The notes: generated by a model not told the origin, from the letters alone. Positions 1-13,968 are shown, numbered from the stretch's first letter. The stretch: 64,000 nt of DNA from Octopus sinensis (GCF_006345805.1 NC_043005.1:69874001-69938000); one strand, 5' to 3'. Translations and numbers: made by a program.

Positions 1-259
1 ATTATATATATATATATAAGCAAGAAGGGTAGTAATATTATTTACTACCAGGTGCCCAGCACAAAAGACGAATTAGTCATAAGACAAAAATATTATTCAT
101 ATAGAAAAATATTATTCATGTGGTTATACAATTAAGGGCACCTAAATACACATGCCCGTGTAAATTTTGCGTCTGCGCAGAGATTTGAAAAGTTAAGATC
201 TGCTAGTAGTCGGGTTTAACATATAGCCCCACATCGCTGCAGACATCGATTAAATTCAG

Positions 260-339
260 GCGACTCGCTGATGAAGCCAGCCTTAGCAAACATATTCTGT
301 GTTTTGCTAGAAAGAAGCAGAAACCGCGGTACGAGTTGT
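260..339 (+). ncRNA. Type I hammerhead ribozyme motif, intact core
   Basis: Stem I GCGACTCG/CGAGTTGT, CTGATGA at 268-274, long stem II (TTAGCAAA..TTTTGCTAG), GAAAC-CGCG-GTA with palindromic loop 3. Predicted cleavage after A331. Confidence 0.85.
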
Positions 340-704
340 TAAAGTTATCGGTAAACGTTTTTGATTTTCACTCTCGATAAATTCATCCCCTTTTTGTGTC
401 CCCAGCACTCGGCATCTTTATTTAGGTGCCCTTAATTGTATAACCACATGAATAATATTTTTCTATATGAATAATATTTTTGTCTTATGACTAATTCGTC
501 TTTTGTGCTGGGCACCTGGTAGTAAATAATATTACTACCCTTCTTGCTTATATTCGCATACTACATGATGAATTTATTCGTAAAATTCTTCCCGGCATGC
601 CCGTGTAAATTTTGCGTCTGCGCAGAGATTTGAAAAGTTAAGATCTGCTAGTAGTCGGGTTTAACATATAGCCCCACATCGCTGCAGACCTCGATTAAAT
701 TCAG

Positions 705-784
705 GCGACTCGCTGATGAAGCCAGCCTTAGCAAACATATTCTGTGTTTTGCTAGAAAGAAGCAGAAACCGCGGTACGAGTTGT
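705..784 (+). ncRNA. Type I hammerhead ribozyme motif, second tandem copy
   Basis: Same sequence as 260-339 shifted by 445; CTGATGA at 713-719; predicted cleavage after A776. Confidence 0.85.
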
Positions 785-894
785 TAAAGTTATCGGTAAA
801 CGTTTTTGATTTTCACTCTCGATAAATTCATCCCCTTTTTGTGTCCCCAGCACTCGGCATCTTTATTTAGGAGCCCTTAATTGTATATATATAG

Positions 895-926
<32 letters not shown>

Positions 927-1899
927 TATATTCATACATTATGCATAATCTAATCCTAATTAATTTTGAGTGAGCATTTGTTATTTAGAATATGTGTGCG
1001 TATATTCGAGCATGCATACAGTTTTTTGTTAGAAGTATGATTTAAAGATGCATATTCCATTTTTTATTAATTACATTCAGTATTCACTCGTTCTGCTTTA
1101 CCCTGGTACCTAGGCGGGTACCTCAGCTAATTTGAGTAATTGAATTAATTTGAATTGTCGAGTTACTGTATAGCAAACGACTCAATTGTCCGGTTGCATG
1201 AAAATCTTAAACTGCTGTGAACATCACTTCAACGATTTCCATATAAAACCTACTGCACACTTATTAGTATAACATAGCTTCAATGATATTTCTATCAAAA
1301 CATTTGTTTTTCTAAATTTCTTGAGGGAAAATGTGCAAAATATAACAAGACACGTTTATCTAGGAAACAGATATCTTATAAACTATTTCCCGTTGCAAAC
1401 ATATAAATGTTTATTCAAATAAAATTGCAATGCGATTGTTTATTAATAGCTATTGAACACTCAGCAGTTCATACATTGTCACATATCTCATTTGGTAACA
1501 ACTAAATCGCAAGAAAGAAACGTTTAGTATTTCATTATGCTGAACTACAGTCATTCTCTTGTAACTTGTGCATTGTTACTACACCCTGATGTTATAACTG
1601 TCCTGTTTCTAAGGTTTGTATTCAGCAACATGTCATGATTATCATCACCGTTCCCATTGTCATAATCATCATTATCTTCATCTTCACGGATCTCGTCGTT
1701 CCTATTGACGTCATCATCATTCACTTTTCAAATTTCTATTCATTCAGCAAATAAAATTTTGCTATGTCAGAAATGATATAAGGGAAAAACTGGGGAATTG
1801 TCTTCAGAATTTAAACTAACTATGCGATGGTCATCTAATTCCTTGAATTTACCATTGCAGCTGGCACGCACGTCATGATTTGGTATATCGATACCTTAC

Positions 1900-2480
1900 A
1901 TATCGCCCCTCCAAATATAATCAGTTGTGTATTTGTTTTGCTAATTGATGGTTCTGTTTTCAAATCATCATAAATCGAATTTATAACCGATAGATTTTGT
2001 TAGTTCGGATAATTTGCATTTTTAACAAAGTATGTTATCATTTATATTTTGGAAAGGGAATCCTAAGTGCAACATATTCAATAGATTTCTGTCCAACATA
2101 TGAATATTCTGTTAATGTTCCTGTCAATTTCTAAATACATTAATTAATACTCGTCATAGCTGTACATTTTTCGTTGATTTTAAATTCGAGTTCTGTAACA
2201 TTTAACTCCAAACCCGTAGGACATAACAGCAAATAGACTAGGTGGAATACTATATAGTAATGTTTCTTTTATTATAATTTCAGTTGGAATGTACGAAAAA
2301 ATAATGTATGTTCTTCAGATTACGTAACTTCCTCTAAATATGTACAAGATACTACGAGAAATTATATAAATAGATCCGATTCCTCTCATTAGCTTCGAAT
2401 TGAATCATTCGTGAATATAATTTTGATATTTCAAAGTATATAAAAAGCGTTCTCGATGAAAGAGTTGAAAGTATAAGAGT
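1900..2480 (-). pseudogene. Possible highly decayed Penelope-like RT remnant
   Basis: Minus-strand fragments such as TYLEE and YPN*QNLSVINSIYDDLKTEP weakly resemble PLE RT/thumb segments; many stops. Confidence 0.25.
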
Positions 2481-2843
2481 TCCTGTTTTATGTCTTATAC
2501 TACTTTTTTAGGCATTTATTATTAGGTCTCCAGATCTACTTCTGATTATACTTTAAAAAATACTATTCTAACGATAACTGTATAAATGGCTTGAGTGAAT
2601 GTACTTATGCTGGGAGTTATAATATTTGAACCAAGATTCAGAAATCACCGATCTGGAAAATTATTTCAGTGAATGTCATAACACGAAGTCAAGTGGTGCT
2701 TTGTAGATGTTTGTGTCCTGCATTTGATACTGAACTCTCCTTTAATGAAATATTCTAGAAATAAATGAATGATAACATTTCAAAGGATCGGCTTTCTCCT
2801 TAAGTCGCTCATATAAATTATATATATATAAGGGTGAAAAAAA

Positions 2844-3166
2844 TTAACACCAAGTGGTTTAGCGCATAAAAACTGGGACACAGTAAAAATTAATACACAC
2901 ATATAAGAGAGGGTCCACTATATGGACGCTCTTGCGCTTAAAATAGATCCGCAATGGTCTCAACCACCAAGGATTGTTCCCAAGGAGAATTAGCACAATT
3001 ATGAACATAGTTGTGGTAATTCTCCTTGGGAACAATTCTTTGTGGCTGAGACCATTGCGGATCTATTTTTAGCGCAAGAGTGTCAACATAGTGGACCCTC
3101 TCTTATATTTGTGTATTAAGATTTACTGTATCCCAGTTTTTAATGCGCTAAACCACTTGGTGTTAA
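2844..3166. repeat. Foldback with ~160-bp inverted arms between TA tracts
   Basis: TTAACACCAAGTGGTTTAGCGCAT... at 2844 mirrors ...ATGCGCTAAACCACTTGGTGTTAA ending 3166; short loop near 3005. Confidence 0.9.
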
Positions 3167-3271
3167 ATTGATGTTATTAAATTAATATCCAATCGTTTCA
3201 CCTTTATATATGTATATATATATATACATATATACATATACATACACACACATATATATATATATACATAT

Positions 3272-3339
<68 letters not shown>

Positions 3340-4305
3340 GCACATACATAGTTGTACACTCTTGCACATAAAATCACTATCACCAATATCACGGAAGCAA
3401 AATATAGCTGAAGAATTTCTTACTAAAGACAGAGATTGGTTGTCAATGATTTGAGATGTCGAGGTTAATATATAAAGATATTTTAGTAATTGAATTACAA
3501 GGAGAATATAGAATATAATAAGTGCATAGTTAATGGTTTTCCTCCATTCACTACAAAATATTTTGCAGAATGAGATTTCTTTGTGTAAACTTGTTTAAAT
3601 TCTTCTGTAATCGACACTTCATATTCTATAGAATATATAGAAATTTGACTTAGCGAAGTTCTAGATTTTTGAATTGCTCGAGAACATCAATGCATTTAGA
3701 ATAACTCATTGTGATGTAAGTGGAAAACAACAGAAGAGTTTAGAAAGAGGCGTTATAACTTTCATAGAGCTGATAATAAATGCATTCTTTTAATGTAATC
3801 TGCTTTCTTAGTTGTTTCTTTTCATTTACGAAATTAAACAAGAATGAGCACTAATCTTCTATTGGTCAGATGTATAAATGAAGATATGTTACTTTGTAAC
3901 ATTGATGATAAAGAAAAACCTGCAATTTGTTGAATGCATATTAGCAATGGTGTAAATTGCTATTCATGATAATTAATTGGAAATTTGTAGAATTCATATC
4001 ACGGTAACAGATTCTTTTGCAGATTATTTATTTTGTATCTTTGTCTCGATGTGTAGTAATCGTTGCAGTCAAAAAGTGTTAAGACTCTTTGTTTTGTACA
4101 AGTATATATTTATATGTGTAAGTTTGTGTATCTGTTTGTGTGCGCCTGGGTGTGAGCGTGTATGTGTATATTATATACATATGTAAGTGTGTGTGTGTGT
4201 ATACACACATATTTTACTTTACCCTTAAGGTAAAACAAAGTACTCCATTTGGTGAGAGATAAGCATTGTTTAATGTACACAGTATATTGTTATCGCCTAC
4301 TGATA

Positions 4306-5560
4306 TTGGGTTGGCAAGAAAGTAATTTGTTTTTTTTTTTGTGTGAAAATAAGTCACCTTTTCTTCATACAATGAATGAAATTTAATCAGTTATAAATTT
4401 TCCAGTTTCTCCGATTATCTTTTTCCATCTTTCTGCCGACTTCATGAATCCGCGCTCATAGATCATCTGGTCCTTATCAGCCAAACACTGAAGCAAGTGC
4501 GATTTCAGGTCATCGTCATTATTGAAAGTTTTATCATTCAAAGAATTTGGTAAACGTCGAGATAAATGGCAAGCTGCTGGTGTAAGTTCAGGGCTATATG
4601 TTGTATGTGACATCCATTCCAAACAAGGCTCAAATAATTTTTCATGAGTTAGCAAACGTTTCTGGTCTAGCTTTGTTATGGTGTAACACGATTCCTTTGC
4701 GAGTTGTCATTTTTTACCGTTTGTCTTTGATTGCTTCCTCCAGTTTCAAGAGTCGTTGACAGTAAGTATCTAAATTGATCATGTGCTTACTTGAAAGTAG
4801 CTCAAAATACACAACGCATTTGTAATCCCACGAAATTGACAGCATGAACTTTTTTATGCAGTTCAGCTTTCCATGTGTTTTTGCAGGTTCATTACGCTTG
4901 GACCATGATCATTTTCGATTGATGCTATTGTAGACTATCCATATTTTATCACCATTGATGATCCGTTTAAAAACAAGATCGATTTCATTGCATTTGAGAT
5001 GCATTTCACAAATATTTATTTATGTTAGGTGACACTTATTCAATTTATGTGGAACCAAAATATCGAGCTTCTTAAGGAGTCACGGATATTTTAAGTGATT
5101 TTCAGTTGTATGTGATACATTTAACGTCTCTGTAATATCTCGCACATTTATATGACAATCAGATTCAATTATGGCTTTGATTCGGTCCTCATCAACTTCA
5201 CTAGGTTGAGCAGAACGTTGGACATCTTTGAGTGAACAATATCCAGAACGGAATTTATAAAACAGTTTCTGACATATGTATTCTGTTAAGCAATCGACAC
5301 CATAAACTTCACATATCTCTTTCTGAGCCTCAGCGGCTTTCTTGCATTTATGGAAATAGTAAAATCAAAATATGGCGAAAACTTTTGCTCTCTGTGTTAA
5401 AATTGACACTGATCTAGCAGGTGTAAACGAAACTACGCGCAATGTTCTGAAAGTAATGGCTATCAAATTTCAAATGGAATACATTATAGCACTAACAAAA
5501 GTCATCCAAAATAATCTTAACTCTGTTTCCGAAAAATGAAAATGCTTTCTTGCCAACCAA
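4306..5560 (-). mobile_element. Mariner DNA transposon, full-length relic with disrupted transposase
   Basis: TIRs TTGGGTTGGCAAGAAAG / CTTTCTTGCCAACCAA with TA on both sides. Minus-strand WVPHK near 5050; YSPELTP (YSPDLAP-like) in ORF 4383-4655. Confidence 0.92.
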
Positions 5561-6115
5561 TAGCTTGATAAATTGAAAATATTACCTACACTCGTTTAAA
5601 AACTCGCCTAGTGTCTCCAAGTAATCTGAGGCTGTTGGTATGGGCCTATACTAGCTGAAAATCAGTGCAATGTAACTAGTGAAATCACGAGAAATAACAA
5701 ATTCAAATAGTGGAATGAAAATGAAAGGAAATTAGAAAAACATGTGGAATTAGAGTTCCCGCTGACTGTGATCATAGGTCTAGATACTGTAGAGTCAATG
5801 GAAGGAATCCAAAATCAGTCTGCGCAGACTTTATATATCCCTCGGTACAAGCCGTATTTATCACGACCTACATTCTCTTTCAGTCGCTGACTGAAATAAA
5901 CCGTGACTTCCTTTAAAGATATCGCCAGGATAATCGTGGCAGAATACAAAAAAAGAGTTAAGAAAAGGATATTGCGATCAACTCATTGTTGATCAACGTA
6001 GTAGATATTTAAGCCAAATTTCGTGCCTGATGCTTTCTTATAAAACAAATATAAGAAGATTCTATCAATTTATTTTTTTCCAGAAATGTTAAATAATGAC
6101 AGTACATGTATAGCA

Positions 6116-6700
6116 TTAGCTTACCCGGTCCTAGCGTGTGAGTTTGCATAGAAAACTATGGTTAAATGTAAAATGGAGTACATCGTCAACCAAATGATGT
6201 AGGAGTTTTGCATTTCTTCCTGTTTTTATTATAGCATGTACGTTACATGATATATTGTTCAACTTCGGCTAGAGTAAGAGAAAGGTAACTGAGACTGAAA
6301 TGAAATTAGTTGAAAACCACTCTCTTTCTTCACCAAGATTCAAAACAGATTGAATAATTTTATACAAACTAAAAGATTGAGAAACGTGTAGTGTTAAATA
6401 GTGCAATGCTTCTTTAGTTTTTCAAGATATTCGGACGCGACTTACCGTCTCAGAAACGTTGAAAATTATTATAGTTCATGATGTTTTGTTACCCAGAAGC
6501 CACATCACTACTTCTGCTTTTCGATATTATTGCCTCCCGGTGAGTCAGTCATACTGTGAGTCAGTCATACAGTGTGATATTTTAAATTGTTGCAATTCAA
6601 AATAAACCTAATTACATAAACATTACCTAACTAATTACCATTCTAACGACAGAAAATCAAACTGACATACACAAACACTTTACTCTACTACATTAAAGGA
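6116..6700 (-). mobile_element. Possible decayed non-autonomous Helitron
   Basis: Minus-strand A|TC start near 6700; TTAGCTTACCCGG at 6116 resembles a degenerate CTAG end with a subterminal hairpin. Confidence 0.3.
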
Positions 6701-7893
6701 TGTTTATCTAATACTTTCAAATGATAAGACACACCTTAAAAAATAGTAAAAATACAAATATTGTGCAGACAATTTAATTTAGGTTGTTTCTCTTTTTCGA
6801 CAGGTGATTAAAATTAATAAATTAATTTATATTTATAGAAAGAATTATAAATATGATAAAAACTAAAATTAACAAATTGCAAAATTTTGATATGAAAGAG
6901 AAAAATGTTACTATAGTAAATTTCATAGTAACATTTTCTCGTTTACTCGTTACAACAGGAAATATTTGTCATCACACCATAAAATATAGTATTTTTTAAT
7001 GCATATTAGTTTAATAGCAAATTTATAGTTAATTTAATAGCGCTGTTGCTTTTATATATATGTATTGATATTTGTAGTTCTGCATAAACTTCAGCTTAAC
7101 AACGAAATAACAGAAAAACGAAAAGCAGACGACTGGAAATATATCCTATTAATTATTGTAATGGAAACAAGCAAAACATAGAGAACAACAACAAAAGCAA
7201 GTCTCTATAGCTACAGCAGTAACAACAACAGTAAATAGTAATATGTCATATATTTGCAACATATAGAGTTGACGTGTATTCAATTTAATGCATATATACA
7301 CACAGACAAATATTTATGTGTCCATCTATGTATGTGTGACTGAGTGAGTGTGCTTGTGTATTTGTGAAGGTCTGTATTTAATCAAGTGAAAAACAATACA
7401 ATTACAGACACCCAAGACTTATGGCATTTTAGAAAAAAATCATCGATTGGTTTCACGTAGCGCATTACGAAACTCGGTGGGTAGTGTTACTCCTTTAGCG
7501 GATGTGCAAATATATAGACACTGGATTGATGATGGCTCACAAAATGTGTGCATAATGTATATAGTAGTTATTGCAATCACTGTAACGGGGAAAGCCATGA
7601 CAGTGAAACGCTTAAATCTTCATCAAAACAAAATTTCTACAAAGAAGAGGAATATATGAACGTCTGGGAAAATTTGCATTTCCGCACAACGAAATTTAGG
7701 GTAATTTCCATTTTACCTGATTCAAATGGAATATGTATATACATACGTGCGTATATTTAATCATACGTATATACTTACGTAGTACATACATACATATATA
7801 CGTACATATACATACATACACACACAGACACACACACAAATATATATATATATATATATATTTATCAAAATTCTATTAAAATTAGATATATAT

Positions 7894-8115
7894 AAAGGGT
7901 GATTCAAAAGTCGCCATACATAGGAACAATTTATTTTTTTATACGAAACAGTTTATAGCAAACGTTCTTTTTATTTAACAGGCTCTGTATGGTTACCATT
8001 GTTTTGAAATGAGATTGCAATACTTTTACTCCACTCATTGTGAACTCTTAATAGCACCGCTGGTGATATGTGTGCAAATGAGTTGGTGATGCGTTCCTTC
8101 AAATGATTTATGTCT
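7894..8115 (-). mobile_element. Tc1/mariner-superfamily 3' end fragment
   Basis: TIR-like AGGGTGATTCAAAAGTCGC after TA. Minus strand reads LKERITNSFAHISPAVLLRVHNEWSKSIAISFQNNGNHTE, resembling a transposase C-terminus. Confidence 0.65.
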
Positions 8116-8163
8116 TTTATCTTTCCGCGATACACCATCACTTTCCACTTAGTAGTAGTAGTA

Positions 8164-8204
<41 letters not shown>

Positions 8205-8849
8205 ACGGAGGAGGACGAGGAGGAAGGGGAGGAAGAGGAAAAGGGGAGGAGGATAGTGTTGCTGCTAATGGTACGTAGAACGAGAGGATCTTAATGGACA
8301 AGCAATGAAAAAATTAAGGTGAAAAAATATGAAATTAAAATGAAACTAAAAAATATAATTAAAGGTAATAACAGTATCCATGTTACACAAACCCCACCCC
8401 ACGAACATATATATAAATATATACATGCATAGACACACATGCATGCACATACACACAGATACAGACACACACACACATATATATATTCAACACATACACT
8501 TTTACACAAGTATCGACACACCCGAATACGGACAAGCATGGTTTTATGAACCTATTGAATTAAATTTGTGTAATACAAGTCAAAATACTTTATTGAACTT
8601 ATCATATATTTAAAGTGCATTAAACCATATTAGATATATGATAGAAAAGCGTATCAAATCCCGTAGAGACGTTTGCTTGATGCCATAGCATTACATTTAA
8701 TTGATGTATATCATTAGCCACCTTAATCGGCTATAGCAAAATCATATCGTATTTATTATGCCCCATATTTTAGTATCCTCTCATAAAGACATATCTAAAC
8801 GGGTTTCAAAATTGAAGCTGACGTTGGGATTACAAAGTTTCTGCATCTC

Positions 8850-9052
8850 AAGTGGCACGTAAAAAGCACCCACTACAATCACGGAGTGGTTGGCTTTAGG
8901 AAGGGCATCCAGCTGTATAAACACTGCCAGATCAGACAGGAGCCTGGTGCAGCCTCCTGACTTCCCAGTCCCCGGTCAAACCGTCCAACCCGTGCTAGCA
9001 CGGAAAACGGACGTTAAACCAATGATGATGATGAGGATGATGATGATGATGA
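8850..9052 (+). mobile_element. SINE 3' half with RTE-like tail
   Basis: GGTTGGCTTTAGGAAGGGCATCCAGCTGTA block, then GGAAAACGGACGTTAAAC and a (GAT)n tail. A short minus-strand tail of the same type lies near 24090-24135. Confidence 0.7.
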
Positions 9053-10169
9053 TTCTCCCTCTTTGTTTCTCTCTCCTTTCTCTCTCACTTTCCCAGTCTC
9101 TTACTCTTCCTTTCTCTCGGACTCTCCCTCGCTTTCTCTTACTCTCTATCTTTCTCTATCAGTCTCTCTCCCATTTATAAACAAAAAAAGATCTTCAGTA
9201 AGTTGAGAAAGAATATATTTTGAAAGAACACTCATAAATATCAGGCAGTGACAACGGAAAGGTCTGCTTCAAGGCAGACAGCAAAACACTAACATTTAAA
9301 AGGGACAGACGAACTTGCGAGCTGAATAAAAATAACAAAATATTGGAAACCAAAGTTTGAAGGGATTGAATCTGAGGAGAGTTTAAGGGCTGGCGTAAAA
9401 GTTTGAACCTGATGTAAAAGAAAATTCCTAAACACCAAGTTTTGAAGTGATTCTTTCTCACGACAATAGACTCACCATGTCAAGCATTCAAAACTTCTTC
9501 ATCATGGACGGCAACACATTGACGATTTAAAGGTTGACGCAAAATTCTTAGCTCGATGTAACAGAGAATTCCTAAAAACCCGCTCCTGTAAATTTTAATC
9601 CCCTTCCAGCCCCATTTATATACCTTTTCACATTTTGGTTAATATAACCCGATTTCATTCGGGTCTACTCGGGCCACATTTTATAAGATGGTGAATTTTG
9701 TCCTAGAGTTCACGCCTTTCATTTGAGGAAAAAAAATTGCCATGCAAACTCGCCAGCACTTTTAATATAAGTGTGCATATTTTCAGCTCAACCGACCACA
9801 TAATGCACACATTATATATGTGTGCGTATGGGGGGTGTGTGCGTGTATGTACGCATTGTATATACAAATGTATACACATGATATATATATATATATATAT
9901 ATATAAATACAGATATATACACTTTGTATTTACGTTATATATACATATTTATATATAGAACACACACACATATAAATTAACCCAATAAATATATGATTCA
10001 TAATATTTGTTCTCATGATTGTGTGGTGGCAGTTGTGGTGGTGGCGATGATAATTCCCTCTATGAATGCAGACAGATGTGAAGAGAGAGAGAGAGAGAGT
10101 GACAGCGCTGGGGAAGGCGGCGGGGGAAAGATATTAGACATTCCCTCGCTTTCTCTTACTCTCTATCTT

Positions 10170-10666
10170 TCTCTATCTATCTATCTCCCATTAATAAACA
10201 ACAAAAGATCGTGAGTAAGTTGAGAAAGAAAATATTTTTACGCTTTTTAAACCTTTCGTCGTTATTCTCATTCACTGATTATTACTTTCTCCCTTCCTTT
10301 TACATTCTCTCTATAACGTTATAGAGAGAAGGGGAAAGGAAGGGATGTAGACGCTATCGAACGACGTTATAGAGAGAAAGTGAAAGGAAGGGATGTAGAC
10401 GCAGTGAAACGACGTTATAGATAGACCGCGAAAGGAAGGAAGGAAAGAGAGTGAGTGATGGAGGAAGACAGATACATAAAAGAATGAGAGTAGACTTGTC
10501 AAAGTGCGTTTTTGGCCTAGCAACGACATCCTCACCTCATTTTACATGTCCCTGTAAATTTTGGAGTCAATCCGACGGGATCTAGTGGCCTTTAACCCGT
10601 TCTCAATACTAGAGCCAGACAAACAAACAAACAAACTTTTCACATTTCAGAATTATAATAAGGAGA
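10170..10666 (-). mobile_element. Helitron-like non-autonomous element (5' end) with internal ~50-bp tandem repeats
   Basis: Minus strand starts A|TCTCCTTATTATAA followed by (GTTT)n. ACGTTATAGAGAGAA..GGAAGGGATGTAGACGC repeats at 10316-10420. A ~55-bp block at ~10185 is shared with ~9165. Confidence 0.45.
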
Positions 10667-10667
10667 T

Positions 10668-10768
<101 letters not shown>

Positions 10769-11321
10769 TTTTTCAGATTTATGTATGCTAGACTACTGGT
10801 TTTAAATTAATATTATTAATTTATCTCCCTCATTAGTTAAATATTGAAATAAATACGTTCTCTAGTAGCCAGCATTAACCGCAGTAAATTATTTACTGCA
10901 GTTCTTCGCTACAGAAATTTTTAAAGCGCCAGAACTAAAACATTTGAAATTTATCCCTATTGTAATCGGTAAAACTAAACACGTGTCTGTTTTGGCACAG
11001 AAAGCTGGGGTTAGTTTTTTTCAGTTTACATTTGTTCTGAACGATTGTACTGACGAGACTACGGACATTTGAATTATGTAAGTAATTCTTTCGTTAATAG
11101 TCGAAACCGAGGTATGCGATTAATTCTGTTTTTTATATAAATTTTCATCTGTCTTACCCGCCTAATTTGTTTCTGGTGTTTCGCTGAATTGTAGATTGAT
11201 CGTTGATGGTCTACATCTAGCATGCGGCCGACTACATAGCGGTCTTGCCTTGTCAATATATACACACACATATATATATATATTTAGGTATGTATCTACT
11301 TCTATCCTTCTCTCTCTCTCT

Positions 11322-11373
<52 letters not shown>

Positions 11374-11377
<4 letters not shown>

Positions 11378-11929
11378 TATTAAATTAGAGATAAAACCAC
11401 TATTAGGCAAATCAAACAGTGAAAATCATAAGCCAATACATAGAAATAAAATTAATTAAAAATGTAAAAAAACATCTTTATATATAAAGAGAGGTTGTCT
11501 GCTGTCTGTCTCCTACGATTTAGAATCCTAACTACTCCCACATTTTGCGGTGCAGTTTAACCAAAACCGGGTATCTTATAGCCGTGATTCATATCGAGCC
11601 CTTCTAGGTATTAGCGCGCGTCTACGATGAGTCTACGCTATTAAAAATAATTTAACATCAATTTATCCCATTTTTTATGCATTTTTGGAATATATAAGGG
11701 AAGTAACTCTCTAAAAAGCTACAGTAACACCCCCCCCCTTTGTGGTTAGCCATATTGAGATGGCTATTATACTTTACATCTCTAAAAATGCTTATATAGT
11801 ATTTTACCCTTACAAACCCGAGCAACGCCGGGCAATACTGCTAGTAAAATATAAAATATAAAAATCGAATTAAATTAAAGTTAAAATTTTTAAAAATGAT
11901 TTAAATTAATAAATTAAACTTATAAATTT

Positions 11930-11994
<65 letters not shown>

Positions 11995-12143
11995 ACATTA
12001 ATTTAAATATTTTAATTGGATTTTTTATATCTTATATTTTATATTTTATATTTTTTATATTTTTTAATTAATTTCATTTCTATGTATTGGCTTATGATTT
12101 TCACTGTTTGATTTGCCTAATAGTGGTTTATCTCTAATTTAAT
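11374..12143. repeat. AT-rich foldback element in (TA)n, interrupted by a Helitron
   Basis: 11374-11470 mirrors ~12055-12143 (TTAGGCAAATCAAACAGTGAAAATCATAAGCCAATACATAGAAAT and its reverse complement). Confidence 0.8.
11475..11844 (+). mobile_element. Non-autonomous Helitron, 370 bp
   Basis: 5' TC after A; subterminal hairpin CCCG-AGCAACGC-CGGG at 11817-11832; 3' CTAG followed by T; no TSD. Confidence 0.85.
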
Positions 12144-12249
12144 ATTATATATATTTATACTATAAAATTAGATTTAATCCTAAATCTAATTATTCCCTGT
12201 AAGTTTGGATTTACTCCCTAATATTTTATTATTTTATTATCTATATATA

Positions 12250-12300
<51 letters not shown>

Positions 12301-12788
12301 CATCCAGACATACAAACAAACATACATACAGCGAAAGGGGACATCTAGTGATAATTCATAAGGAATTTGCAAATCTAGCATCCAACATACATTTTCTGCA
12401 TTATACCTTTTATCGTTGGGCAATAGAATGAATACCAACCCATCTGGTGCAACGTATGGATAAAATTGAAATATTGAGGAGAGAATGCAAATTAATTCAT
12501 ACTCTATAAAGGATCACAATATATGGGACTACCTGTGATACATATAAGGAACAGTGATAGATGTACAAAGTAACCATAAAATAATAAATAAATGTATACA
12601 TAGATAAATAAATAAATTCATATTAAGTGCACGGATGTAAACAGTATATGAAGCTATCCCTTACACACACGCAAACACCCACACACAAAAAAATTTGCCG
12701 GACAGCCATTATAATATCAACGACACGAATAACAACGACAGCAACAACGATGACAATAACAATATCAAATATATATAATATATATAAT

Positions 12789-12862
<74 letters not shown>

Positions 12863-13401
12863 ATTTCAACAATTGAGGGTAAAATTAATTAATTATTAAT
12901 CAATTTCACCAAGTATTCAGTATGTAAAGGGACCATTTAAGGCGAATTCAAAATATTACATTTTATAAAGGGCTTAGTAAAATAAATTACTTTGCCACAT
13001 ACCGAACTCATTAGAAATAGCAGCCAAAAAAAATTTTTTTAGCCAAATTCTAATACTTAAAGAAAATTTCTCTCAGATAGTGCTTACTCAAAATAGCCCA
13101 CGAAGGTATGGGGGTAAAAACATTAAAAAAATCACAAGTGCAAAGGTTATTTGAGAACGTACGTTTCTAGATCAGCCAAATACAATTCGACATTTCTCTC
13201 TGTTTAATGCTTCGGTTTTCACCGATAAAATTATGGTGTTTGCTAGGTTAGCCCACGTGAGTGGAAAGGGGAGGCCAGAAATTCTTCGCTTGCATATTTT
13301 GAATTTGTTGGCACTGTTAGTCTGAACGGATCTTCGGAGGTGAAAAGTCGCCAAAAGGATATGCTCCTACTTTCAGTGTTTACAAATCCGAATTAAGAAA
13401 T

Positions 13402-13463
13402 TTTGGGCTGACTCAAGAAATGTCGAATTGTATTTGGCTGATCTAGAAACGTACGTTCTCAAA
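13402..13463 (+). ncRNA. Hammerhead motif with mutated core (CTGACTC)
   Basis: Same fold as 13969-14030 but CTGACGA changed to CTGACTC; likely inactive. Confidence 0.6.
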
Positions 13464-13968
13464 TAACCTTTGCACTTGTGATTTTTTTAATGTTTTTACC
13501 CCCATACCTTCGTGGGCTATTTTGAGTAAGCACTATCTGAGAGAAATTTTCTTTAAGTATTAGAATTTCGCTAAAAAAATTTTTTGGGGCTGCTATTTCT
13601 AATGAGTTCAGTATGTGGCAAAGTAATTTATTTTACTAAGCCCTTTATAAAATGTAATATTTTGAATTCGCCTTAAATGGTCCCTTTACATACTGAATAC
13701 TTGGTGAAATTGATTAATAATTAATTAATTTTACCCTCAATTGTTAAAATTATAATTCATTTCTCTCTGTTTAATGCTTCGGTTTTCACCGATAAAATTA
13801 TGGTGTTTGCTAGGTTAGCCCACGTGGGTGGAAGGGGGAAGGCAGAAATTCTTCGCTTGCATATTTTGAATTTCTTGGCACTGTTAGTCTGAACGGATCT
13901 TCGGAGGTGAAAAGTCGCCAAAAGGGTATGCTCCTACTTTCAGTGTTTACAAATCCGAATTAAGGAAT

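Larger units (their letters stand above)
19..885 (+). mobile_element. HHR-bearing non-coding repeat (family 1) in (TA)n: inverted arm plus ~1.65 tandem units of 445 bp
   Basis: 19-148 is the reverse complement of ~419-548. CATGCCCGTG recurs at 151 and 596 (period 445). (TA)n on both sides; one HHR motif per unit. Confidence 0.85.
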
